Shown here: positions 1 through 8,415 of the stretch, in pieces
Layout of the letters: each line of letters starts with the position of its first letter
How positions within the stretch are numbered: position 1 is the stretch's first letter
NCBI GenBank assembly: GCA_015063785.1
Contig: SVTM01000007.1
Location: 25,665 to 89,664 of the forward strand
Reading direction: 5' to 3'
From: Oscillospiraceae bacterium
GTDB taxonomy: Bacteria > Bacillota > Clostridia > Oscillospirales > CAG-382
Length of the DNA stretch: 64,000 bases
Program-made: the position numbers and the translations under genes
Notes under the pieces: generated by a model
What the model was told of the DNA's origin: nothing
Database searches by the model: none
What the model saw: only the letters and a program-made list of their open reading frames with translations

Positions 1-951
1 ATCGAATCGCAGGGTTCGCTAAGGGTGTTTATTGCATATTTCGCGTCTGCAAACATATCGTTGAAAGCCACGCTTCCGAGAACGTTTTTTTCGTGCTCGG
101 TGATGTTATCCGCAAATATCTTTACGGCGTCGAAATATTTCTCCTCACCCGTCACGAGATAAAGCTCCATAATGCCCTCAAAGCAGGACATCATTTCGTA
201 TGCCTTTGCCCAAAGCCCCGGTTCGGGGTACCAATCTGCCACCTTTTTGCCCGAAAGGGAATTTTTAATAAGGTTTGGCATGGCGCCGTCCTCGCGCTCC
301 CAATTGTCGGCGATATCGTGAAGTGAAAAATCAAGAAATTTCTTGTTGTTTGTGTGACGATAAAGCAAAAGCATGGGTTTCAGGATCGAACAGCTGGGCA
401 TACCCGAAAAAGTTCCGGTGTTTCTTATCTCGATATTTTCGGCATGAAGCTCGTCGATAAGCTGGACGGCAAATTTTTCGGCGGCGTCAAGGATCTCTTG
501 GTTGCCTGTGATTTCGTATACTCCCACAAGTCCCCAAAGGGTATATTTTCTGCCCCAGATGTTCCAGTTGCTGGCACCCTCCACGCTTTTGTCAAGCACC
601 ACGTTTTTCGAATCGCGGTAGGAGCCGATATAGCCGTCCTCGCGAGCGTAGGAGATGACCTTTTTTGCGGAATTTTCGATAAGCTCTTTCAGCTTTTCGC
701 TGTTTTTGTATTTATAAACCTCGATGGCACTGAGAATCTGTTTTCCCCAAAATTCTCCCTGCCAGATGCCGAATTTTGGCTGTTCGTCGTCTATCATGTT
801 TTTGAAGACTTCCTCGGCCTCTTTAAAAACTTCGTTTTTTGCAAAATCCGAGAAAAAGCGGTTTTCAAAGAAAACCTCGGCACGTCTTGCCGTTTCGCCA
901 AAAAGCCTTGTATCGCAAAGCTTGGGCGAAAAAACCATTCTTTTTGTCATG
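1..951 (-). CDS. DUF1680/GH127-like glycoside hydrolase, N-terminal 317 codons (gene runs off the left edge)
   Basis: Absent from the ORF track because there is no stop in the window. My reverse-strand translation from the ATG at 951-949 gives MTKRMVFSPKLCDTRLFGE...WGRKYTLWGL...AKAYEMMSCFEGIMELYLVTGEEKY. This is colinear with and similar to the 8416-10692 protein (WGRKYILLGL, TKAYEMMSNFEGLMEYYRVTG). The track ORF 354-1256(+) is its antisense shadow. Confidence 0.6.
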
Positions 952-1036
952 TCTGCCTCCCGTGGGGTTTTGATGATTCCATTATATACCATGAGGTAAA
1001 ATTTGTCAAACGGCAAACATTTGCAAAAAGCGACGG

Positions 1037-1810
1037 TTATATCTGCTTTTTTATCTGCAAAAGAGCACCTTTTTCAAGCCGCGACACCTGCGCCTGGCTG
1101 ATGTGTATTTCCTGTGCCACCTCCATTTGTGTTTTCCCTGCAAAAAAGCGAAACTCAATGATATTGCGCTCACGCTCGGGAAGTGAGCGGATGGCCTCGG
1201 AAATGGCAATCTTTTGCAGCCAGCTTTCGTCGGTGTTTTTGGTGTCGCTGATCTGATCCATAACGTATATCGAATCGCCGTTTTCCGAAAAAACCGGCTC
1301 GTAAAGCGAAATCGGGTCAACTATGGCGTCAAGGGCGTTTACCACCTCCTCCTTGGGGGTGTCAAGCTCTTTGGCGATTTCCTCGATCGACGGCTCGCGG
1401 CCAAGCTTTGAAACAAGCGTTTCTTTGACGTTCAGCGCCCGATAGGCAAGGTCGCGGGTCGAGCGCGAAACGCGGATGACGTTGTTATCGCGCAAAAATC
1501 GGCGAAGCTCGCCGATTATCATGGGTACGGCATAGGTGCTGAACTGTACACCCAGGGTCATATCAAAATTGTCGATGGCTTTGATCAGCCCGATACAGCC
1601 GATCTGAAAAAGATCGTCGGGGTTTTCCCCACGGGACGAAAAGCGTCGGATAACGCTTAAAACAAGCTTCAGATTTCCGTTTATCAAAGCCTCGCGGGCT
1701 TTTTGGTCCCCTTCTTTTGTGCGCCTTAAAAGCTCTGCTTTTTCGGCGCCCGAAAGAACGGCAAGCTTTGACGTATTTACTCCGCATATTTCCACTTTGC
1801 AATTGTGCAT
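1037..1810 (-). CDS. sigG: Sporulation sigma factor SigG (forespore, sigma-70 family)
   Basis: The 257 aa protein matches Bacillus SigG-specific segments: VEICGVNTSKL, NGNLKLVLSVIRRF, FSTYAVPMIIGELRRFLRDNN, GDSIYVMDQISD, ISQAQVSRLEK. A GAGGT RBS lies before the ATG. Confidence 0.85.
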   Translation of the reverse strand: MHNCKVEICGVNTSKLAVLSGAEKAELLRRTKEGDQKAREALINGNLKLVLSVIRRFSSRGENPDDLFQIGCIGLIKAIDNFDMTLGVQFSTYAVPMIIGELRRFLRDNNVIRVSRSTRDLAYRALNVKETLVSKLGREPSIEEIAKELDTPKEEVVNALDAIVDPISLYEPVFSENGDSIYVMDQISDTKNTDESWLQKIAISEAIRSLPERERNIIEFRFFAGKTQMEVAQEIHISQAQVSRLEKGALLQIKKQI

Positions 1811-1940
1811 AAGATACCTCGCAGATTTTTCTTATACACAAAGTATTTCCCAAAAAAGAAAGAAAATGCGCAGGGCAGAAAATAAAAAAAGGTTGCAGGA
1901 ACGAACCTGCAACCGCTATCTGTCGACAAAATATTTTTCT

Positions 1941-2125
1941 TGAAATAATTAAGAGAGAACCCCCGGCGAGGGTTCTCCCTCTTTTCAACCGCGAAACGGT
2001 TGAAAATTCACCCTCTCCTGCGCTTTTTGAAGGCAAAGGATATTTCGCTCTCTGCGGAGAGCGATTTAAGGCTCCGCCTTAAAAATCCGAAAACTTTTTT
2101 GTAAAAAAGTTTTATCAAAAAACTT
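1941..2125. repeat. Mosaic hairpin repeat, locus A (module II type)
   Basis: A chain of hairpins: GAGAACCC-ccggcga-GGGTTCTC, CAACCG-cgaaa-CGGTTG, TCGCTCTC-tgcg-GAGAGCGA, AAGGC-tcc-GCCTT, AAAACTTTTTT-gt-AAAAAAGTTTT. It is colinear with 54395-54585 and with the reverse of 37691-37905. Confidence 0.75.
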
Positions 2126-2151
2126 AAGTTAATGGGTTGTGCAATTGCTAT

Positions 2152-3360
2152 TTATAACACCTCGGTGTTTTTATATCCCACAAAAAGTATCTTTCCGCAA
2201 AAGCTCAAAAATGCGCTTTCGGTGTACTCGCTTTCAAAATCCTCGATCGACATGACAAAGGCAAGATATTCGTCGGGGTCGGAATTTTCAAAGGTTTCGT
2301 AGGATATGGCGTCGGGATAGAACTGCGAAAGCACCTTGTATATCTCGGCGGCATCGCTGTCCTTTGTTATTTTTGAAAGAAATGCGTTGAAATCAAACGT
2401 CGTGGTCTGAAGGCGAACGTCATCTTCCTCAAATTCGTCGTATTTGGGATCATCCGGAGCTTTGGCAACTCCGCCGCCACCCATACTCGCGCCTCCGCTT
2501 GATCCTCTGCCTGCGCCTGCGCCTGTGCCCGTGTCTGTGCCTGTGGGATCAAACGCCGCGGTGGTTTCGCCCGTTTTGTCGGAAAGGGGTGCGCGGACAT
2601 CTTCGTTTGCGGCATCGTTTATGCCTTGCGTGCCGTCGACCTCTGATTTGTCCGAAACATTGTCGCGTCCCAGGGGGGAAACGGTGTTCTTTCCGCCGTC
2701 GGTTAAGTGGGGAGGAGCTGTTGAAAGAAGGTGGTCTTTTTCCACTATACCGTTGCTCTTTTCGTCCTCTGCGTTTTCGGGTTTTGCCGATTGCAGGCTT
2801 TTGTGCTCCTCGGGGGCTGTGTTTTCGGCTTCGGCTTCAACACTTTCGGTTACATCGTCGGTTTCGTCTTTCGAATACATCACGGTTGGAGCTTTGTCGG
2901 TTTCGGGAGCCGCCAAAAATATCCCCTGTGCGCTGTCGCACGAAAGATCAAGTACGTCGCTTGCTTCTTCTTCGGCAGCCTCCAGATCTGCAACATAGAT
3001 CATGTCGCTGCCTTTTTCGACGTTGTTTACCTTGTCAAGAATATCGCCCTTGTAAACGAGTATTCCCACAGCAAAGACTGCCGCTGCGGCGGCTATGGTG
3101 CCAAAGGGAATATGTCTGCGAGGCGATGTGACGGGGGCAGGGGAGATGTTTTCGCGCTCGATTTTTGAAAGAACCGCGTCTTTCATGCTTGGTACGGCAG
3201 GGGCTGCGGATTCCAACAAAGCATCAAGCTTTTTGATCTTTTCAAGCTCTGCCTTGCACTTTTTGCAGCTTTCGACATGAGCCAAAGCCTCGGGCGAAAG
3301 ATCAGCAAAGTCGGAAAGCATTTCCGAGATCACGCTGTCGCAATTTTTTTCGTTTCCCAT
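2152..3360 (-). CDS. Anti-sigma factor, zf-HC2 type, single-pass membrane protein with a long acidic/Gly-rich extracytoplasmic region
   Basis: N-terminal H-x3-C-x2-C motif (AHVESCKKCKAEL), one hydrophobic helix (FGTIAAAAAVFAVGILVY), located directly downstream of an ECF sigma gene, GGGAGG RBS. Confidence 0.65.
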   Translation of the reverse strand: MGNEKNCDSVISEMLSDFADLSPEALAHVESCKKCKAELEKIKKLDALLESAAPAVPSMKDAVLSKIERENISPAPVTSPRRHIPFGTIAAAAAVFAVGILVYKGDILDKVNNVEKGSDMIYVADLEAAEEEASDVLDLSCDSAQGIFLAAPETDKAPTVMYSKDETDDVTESVEAEAENTAPEEHKSLQSAKPENAEDEKSNGIVEKDHLLSTAPPHLTDGGKNTVSPLGRDNVSDKSEVDGTQGINDAANEDVRAPLSDKTGETTAAFDPTGTDTGTGAGAGRGSSGGASMGGGGVAKAPDDPKYDEFEEDDVRLQTTTFDFNAFLSKITKDSDAAEIYKVLSQFYPDAISYETFENSDPDEYLAFVMSIEDFESEYTESAFLSFCGKILFVGYKNTEVL

Positions 3361-3452
3361 TTCACATTCCTCCCTTCTCGTTTTTGTGGTTCTGTATATG
3401 TAGACGAATCATTTTCAATAAAGTTCCGCTTAATTTATGAATATTTTGTAAA

Positions 3453-4076
3453 TTAAAGCAGACCTGTTCCCTCCAGCTTCTTTTTCAGCGCGGCGCGTGC
3501 CCGTGACAGGCGGGATTTCACCGTGCCCTCCTCCAACGACATCACGTCGGCGATCTGCGAATAGCTCATGCCCTCGATGTCGCGCATGACGATGATGGTG
3601 CGGTGTTCTTCCGAAAGAGTGCGGATGGCATCGTTTACGATGCGAGCCGTTTCGTTGGACACGGCGGTCTTTTCGGGATCATAATTGCCGCTGGTGTCGG
3701 CAATGTCAAATTCTCTGTCGCCGTCTTCGGGCGAAGAAAGCTCGGAAAAGAGCAGGGGTTTTTTCTTGGCGTTTTTGCGCAGGTAGTCATATACCGTGTT
3801 TTTGCAGATCCTATATAGCCAGGTTGTAAATTCGCTGTCGGCGCGGAAGGATGAAAGAGCCTTGTACGCCTTGATAAATATTTCCTGCGAGATGTCCTGC
3901 GCGTCCTCGTGGCTTTTCAGATCGTAAAAGACGGTTCTGTAAACAAAGCTTTGGTATTTTTCCACCAGCTCGCCAAAAGCCGCGGCGTCGCCGTCGATGG
4001 CTTTGCCGACAAGCACAGCGTCGTCAGACAGTTTTTCGGGCGTGTCGTCCCGGTTTTTCGATGTGAAAAATGCCAC
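3453..4076 (-). CDS. ECF-type RNA polymerase sigma factor (sigma-70 regions 2 and 4)
   Basis: 207 aa; region 2 (FGELVEKYQSFVYRTVFYDLKSHEDAQDISQEIFIKAYK) and region 4 (EHRTIIVMRDIEGMSYSQIADVMSLEEGTVKSRLSRAR). GTG start with a GAAGGTG RBS. Confidence 0.85.
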   Translation of the reverse strand: MAFFTSKNRDDTPEKLSDDAVLVGKAIDGDAAAFGELVEKYQSFVYRTVFYDLKSHEDAQDISQEIFIKAYKALSSFRADSEFTTWLYRICKNTVYDYLRKNAKKKPLLFSELSSPEDGDREFDIADTSGNYDPEKTAVSNETARIVNDAIRTLSEEHRTIIVMRDIEGMSYSQIADVMSLEEGTVKSRLSRARAALKKKLEGTGLL

Positions 4077-4127
4077 TTTGTTTACACCTTCTTTCTTTTA
4101 CGATTTTTCACCGCCGTATTAGACGTA

Positions 4128-5525
4128 TTATTCTGCGGAAAGTTCCGCGTTTTCGGAAATATTTTCGGAATTTTCTTCGGCGATTGCCTCGGTTTCGTTT
4201 TCGGGCTGTTCGATCACGGGCAGAGGTTCTTTTTTGTTGAATATCTGCCATCCGCATTCGGAAGAATACGCACAGATAACACCGCCCGAGCAGTCGGTTA
4301 TCTCGTCAAAAACAGGGGCGAGAACATAGTTTCCGTCGCGGTCGATCATGCCTTTTTTGCCGTCCTTTTCGCCAACCACCGCAAGACCTTCAAAAAATGG
4401 ACGGGCATATGTGTATTCCGGGGGACATATCCAGCGTCCGCGCGAGGTCATGTATCCGTGTTTTCCGTCTTTTACAAGAAGTATCCTGCCGTTGCTGTAT
4501 GAATACACACTGTAATCGGCAGGGGTTTTGAATTCGTCCCCCTCGCGGTCGATAAAGGTGCTGTACTGCGAGATCAGCTTTCCGCGTGAAAAGCTTTTTT
4601 TGGTAACCCTTGTCAGTCCTTCGTCAAAATAGTAATAGCCAAGGGACCTTTCGTCCAGCATGTCGCCGCAGCCGTAGAACATGATCACCGAAAGGCCGCC
4701 GATGCGGAGTCTGCCCTCTTCGTTGAAGAAATACAGCCTGTCCTGCGCATCCACGGCAACTCCGTAGCCTTCGGAATAGTTGAAAGCCTTGCGATAATTG
4801 GTGATGACGTCGCGTGCATCCTCGCCGTCGATGGTATAGCCAAAGCCTTTTTGGGTATAAACGCGCTGACACGCCTCGTTGTCGGTGACACCGTAGTACG
4901 AGGGATAGTCAAAATTAAGTCCGCGCATATCGCGCACAGGATCATAATCGGACGGTGCCACACTGCCATCGGGCATAAGGGTGACGTAAGCTCCGCCTGC
5001 CGCCCAATCGCGGAAAACGGGAGTGCCGTTTTTGTCGCGCGCGCCTGCCATGGCAAGATCATGCCCCTCGGGCACAGGCACCGGTGCGCCGTTGGGATAA
5101 AGCAGATTTTTCTGTGTGCCGTCGGCAAGGACGATATATCCCATTCTCGGCCACATGGTAAAGTATGTTCCGCCGTCCACCTCGTATTTTGCATTCTGCG
5201 GAACAAACAAGCCTTCGGGCATCTCGCAGAGGGCAAGAATGCAGGTGTCGCCAAACACCGTGTCGGTTACTATATATCCGTCGTCGGGAGTGCTTTTGTT
5301 AAATGAAGAAAGATATTCGTCCATCGAAAAAGGCGGAATATCCTCTTTTGTTTCGTCATCGGGCGGTGTGATATCGGGGGGCAGGTTTTCGCTTTCGTTT
5401 TCGCCCGAAATATTGCCGGCATCAGCCTTTTTTTGCGCGATGGCAGAAAGCGCGTAGTTAAAGAGATAAACGGATATTGCCGCAAGGCACAAAATCAAAA
5501 ATATCCGAATGAAAAAACGTTTCAT
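4128..5525 (-). CDS. WG-repeat (KWG-like) protein with N-terminal signal anchor
   Basis: Start moved to the ATG at 5525 (MKRFFIRIFLILCLAAISVY, GGGAGG RBS); the track ORF extends to 5765 through a repeat element. Repeated F.EGLA.V...GK.GYIDR.G motifs (PFFEGLAVVGEKDGKKGMIDRDGNYVLAPVFDEI). Confidence 0.6.
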   Translation of the reverse strand: MKRFFIRIFLILCLAAISVYLFNYALSAIAQKKADAGNISGENESENLPPDITPPDDETKEDIPPFSMDEYLSSFNKSTPDDGYIVTDTVFGDTCILALCEMPEGLFVPQNAKYEVDGGTYFTMWPRMGYIVLADGTQKNLLYPNGAPVPVPEGHDLAMAGARDKNGTPVFRDWAAGGAYVTLMPDGSVAPSDYDPVRDMRGLNFDYPSYYGVTDNEACQRVYTQKGFGYTIDGEDARDVITNYRKAFNYSEGYGVAVDAQDRLYFFNEEGRLRIGGLSVIMFYGCGDMLDERSLGYYYFDEGLTRVTKKSFSRGKLISQYSTFIDREGDEFKTPADYSVYSYSNGRILLVKDGKHGYMTSRGRWICPPEYTYARPFFEGLAVVGEKDGKKGMIDRDGNYVLAPVFDEITDCSGGVICAYSSECGWQIFNKKEPLPVIEQPENETEAIAEENSENISENAELSAE

Positions 5526-5703
5526 GTCCGTTACCTCCCATGAAAATATCGACAATATTATTCTACCACTTTTTATGGTCGTTTGCAACTGTATTTTTGA
5601 TTTTTTTGAGGATTTTAAACCTACCTCCGAAAAGAGTGGCATTCTCCGGGGCACGGAACGTGACGGGGAGAGTCGGAAATTCATCAATGACAAAAAACAG
5701 AAA

Positions 5704-5755
5704 CATTGTAGGGCAGGGGCCCAATCCTGCCGAATGGTGGGGGATTTTATCAATG
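5704..5755 (+). repeat. Mosaic repeat module IV copy (52 bp, first of a perfect direct pair)
   Basis: cattgtagggcaggggcccaatcctgccgaatggtgggggattttatcaatg is identical to 6040-6091. It contains the hairpin GGCAGG-ggcccaat-CCTGCC and the terminal ATCAATG motif. Confidence 0.9.
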
Positions 5756-6039
5756 TGAAAAACACAATGCGAGAGGGGATATCGCACCCCTCTCACACTC
5801 ACCCTCTCGTCATTTCTTTTTCAAAAAGAAATGACAGTAGAAAATAATTATCGAAATCGGTTTGTCGATATCAGCCCCGTTTCCGATATCTGGGTACGGC
5901 AAAGGTTGAGGTTTTTACTGCAAGGGCATATCGGCATCAAAAGGCGGAGTCATCACGGTTGATTGGTGTGCCATTTTGCCGATATCAGAAAATATACGTC
6001 GGTCATATCGGCGGATATGTTTGGCATCGGTTTCCATCC

Positions 6040-6091
6040 CATTGTAGGGCAGGGGCCCAATCCTGCCGAATGGTGGGGGATTTTATCAATG
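6040..6091 (+). repeat. Mosaic repeat module IV copy (52 bp, second of a perfect direct pair)
   Basis: Identical to 5704-5755 by direct reading. Confidence 0.9.
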
Positions 6092-6287
6092 GCAAAAACG
6101 GGCAAAAAACCGCGCAAAAATACAGGGGGTTGCAATTTTAGATAATATATGTTATAATAACTACATCTGCGTTCAGAAAAGTTCGTTAAAAAACTGTCGC
6201 AAAAGGCGAAAAAAACGCAGAAAACCACTAAAAAAGACCTATATTTTCTCTAAAAAAACACAGTTTCGGAAAGGAGATTCGGAAAAA

Positions 6288-6875
6288 ATGAAAAAGCATT
6301 TTGATTCATCAAAGAAAAAAACAACCGCACTTATCGTGGCGGCAGTGCTTTGTGTTATTGCTCTTGTTTTTCCCTGTTTTGTCCTTGCAACAGACTATGT
6401 ACCCGAAAACGATCCGCTGGTCACTCTCAGCTATATGAAGGACGTTTTCGGCCCGTCCCTTAAACAGGAGATCAAAGACGAGATCAGGGCAGAGGCTGCG
6501 GCTGAAGCCGAAAAAGAAATTGAAAAAGAAACAGAAACAACACCTGAACAGGGAGAAGCTGAAACTGCCCCCGACACCGACGATACAGCTCCCGTAAACG
6601 TGGGATACGCGGTTGTCGAGCTTTGCGCAGGTCAGAAGCTTTCATCCAAAAACGGCACAGTCGAGCTTATCGTACGTCCCGGCTCGTCTGCTGTTGCTTT
6701 TTCGGAAATTCCCGAAAACGGACTTTCGGACATTTCCGAAATGAGAGAAGTACTTAACGGTGAAGAAGTTGGCATAAACCACGCCATCATCATTCCCCGA
6801 AACGACGGAAGGGGTATTGTGATCACCTCGGACAAGGCATACGTTCTTGTACGCGGAGATTACATCGTTGAATGA
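6288..6875 (+). CDS. Membrane-anchored hypothetical protein, overlaps the spoIID start by 4 nt
   Basis: 195 aa; N-terminal Lys-rich segment plus TM helix (ALIVAAVLCVIALVFPCFVLA), acidic linker, AAAGGAG RBS. The ATGA overlap with the next gene suggests translational coupling. Confidence 0.5.
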   Translation: MKKHFDSSKKKTTALIVAAVLCVIALVFPCFVLATDYVPENDPLVTLSYMKDVFGPSLKQEIKDEIRAEAAAEAEKEIEKETETTPEQGEAETAPDTDDTAPVNVGYAVVELCAGQKLSSKNGTVELIVRPGSSAVAFSEIPENGLSDISEMREVLNGEEVGINHAIIIPRNDGRGIVITSDKAYVLVRGDYIVE

Positions 6876-8323
6876 TTATGAAAAAGACGAACAAACGCCC
6901 CGACAGCAAAAAAACGCTGGTAAGAATTTTGTGTCTTGCTCTTGCAACCCTTTTTGTTCTGGTCACCATACTCACGGCATGGCCGTCGCTGGTAGGAGCG
7001 CAGGCATATTCTTACACTGCCGACAGACTTATCCGCGTGGGACTGAATTTTGGCGCGAGTGCCGTTTCATCGGTGGCTTTTACCTCGCAAAGCGGCTTTG
7101 ATATCGGCACATTTGACAGCGAAAGCCGTGTTTTCACAAGCGTGGCATCGTCCGACAGCACCGCCCTTGTGGCATCCTGTGCCGAAAACGGCACCATCAA
7201 CATAACCACTCCCGAATGGGCGTCGGTTTATTCGCACACATCCGCCGGCAGCCCCGTCTGCGTGCGTGCACGCGGCGACAATGCAGAAATCGGCGTTGGT
7301 GCAAACACCTATACCGGCTTTGTCGAGCTTACTTTTATCGGCGGAGCAATGCGCGTTGTCAGCGTGGTGTATCTTGAAGATTACATCCGAGGTGTCGTGG
7401 CGTCCGAGGTATACAACTCCTGGCCTGCCGAAGCGCTGAAATCCCAGGCTGTTGTGGCACGAAGCTTTACACTTCACAACGGTACAAAGCACAAGTCTGA
7501 CGGCTTTGACATTTGCGACAAGCCCCACTGTCAGGCATATACGGGGGTTGGCAAATGCGTCGAGGCAATCGATGCGGCAGTGCGCGACACCCGAGGAGTC
7601 ATTGTGGCATATGAGGGCAAGCCTGCCCTTACAACATACCATTCGTCGAGCGGCGACACCACCGAAAGTGCAAGCTCGGCATGGGGAAGCGTGCCCGAGG
7701 CATATCCGTATCTTTCAAGCGTAAACGTCGGCTTTAACGAGACAGAAAACTATGTCAACGGCAAGTGGAGCTACACCGTTTCGGCATCCGAGCTGACCGA
7801 TTACATCAACTCCAAAGAAGACTACGCAGGTATACTGAAAGGTGACGTGCAGACCATCGAATGCGAGCGCAAGGACGGCTCGGATTATGTATACAAGCTG
7901 ACGGTTTCGGATGCTTTCGGCAACGAGATCGTTGTGGAAAAATCCACCCATGTGCGCAATTTTATCACAAAATATTGCAAGAGCGCCTGCTTTACCATTT
8001 CGTCCCACACCACCGTGAAGGCGGCGGATCAGAAAGATCTTATCCTTGATTCGGGCAATATGTACGTCATATCTGCCCAGGGCGAGCAGAACCTTTCTGC
8101 CATGTCCACCGACATCGAGGTGCTGACCTCGTCGGGACTTAAAACCATTCCCCACACGGGCGAGCGTGTTTTCACCATTGCGGGCGAAGGCTACGGCCAC
8201 GGCGTGGGATTGAGTCAGTACGGTGCCATGACTCTTGCCGAAAGAGGTCACGATTATACCTACATTCTCGGTCTTTATTATCCCGGTACACAGATCGTGG
8301 ATTATGCGACGTTGGGATTGTGA
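6872..8323 (+). CDS. spoIID: SpoIID/LytB-domain protein (stage II sporulation protein D-like)
   Basis: 483 aa with a signal anchor. SpoIID-domain motifs: LEDYIRGVVASEV, AEALKSQAVVARSF, FDICDKPHCQAYTG, TTYHSSSGDTTESA, GYGHGVGLSQYGA. Confidence 0.8.
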   Translation: MIMKKTNKRPDSKKTLVRILCLALATLFVLVTILTAWPSLVGAQAYSYTADRLIRVGLNFGASAVSSVAFTSQSGFDIGTFDSESRVFTSVASSDSTALVASCAENGTINITTPEWASVYSHTSAGSPVCVRARGDNAEIGVGANTYTGFVELTFIGGAMRVVSVVYLEDYIRGVVASEVYNSWPAEALKSQAVVARSFTLHNGTKHKSDGFDICDKPHCQAYTGVGKCVEAIDAAVRDTRGVIVAYEGKPALTTYHSSSGDTTESASSAWGSVPEAYPYLSSVNVGFNETENYVNGKWSYTVSASELTDYINSKEDYAGILKGDVQTIECERKDGSDYVYKLTVSDAFGNEIVVEKSTHVRNFITKYCKSACFTISSHTTVKAADQKDLILDSGNMYVISAQGEQNLSAMSTDIEVLTSSGLKTIPHTGERVFTIAGEGYGHGVGLSQYGAMTLAERGHDYTYILGLYYPGTQIVDYATLGL

Positions 8324-8375
8324 TGAATATGAAAATCCGCCTTTCGTGGCGGATTTTTTGTGCCTCTGCAAAAAC

Positions 8376-8405
8376 AAAAGCCCGCGGTATTGCGGGCTTT
8401 TTTAC
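8376..8405. terminator. Bidirectional rho-independent terminator between convergent genes
   Basis: AAAGCCCGC-ggtatt-GCGGGCTTT flanked by an A-run and a T-run, between the spoIID stop (8323) and the GH127-like stop (8416). Confidence 0.65.
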
Positions 8406-8415
8406 TGTTTTTATG

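Noticed and set aside
354-1256. 300 aa plus-strand ORF
   Set aside because: It is antisense to the GH127-like gene and to the 3-prime end of sigG. It has no RBS and an odd composition, while the opposite strand gives recognisable protein families.
4128-5765. Extended N-termini given by the ORF track for several genes (for example 4128-5765, 27497-28768, 29490-30545, 18574-19794, 21549-22412, 35391-37529)
   Set aside because: The upstream extensions run through repeat elements or neighbouring genes and lack RBSs. Internal ATGs preceded by AGGAGG-like sites give sensible N-termini (signal peptides, HTH, lipobox), so the shorter coordinates are reported.
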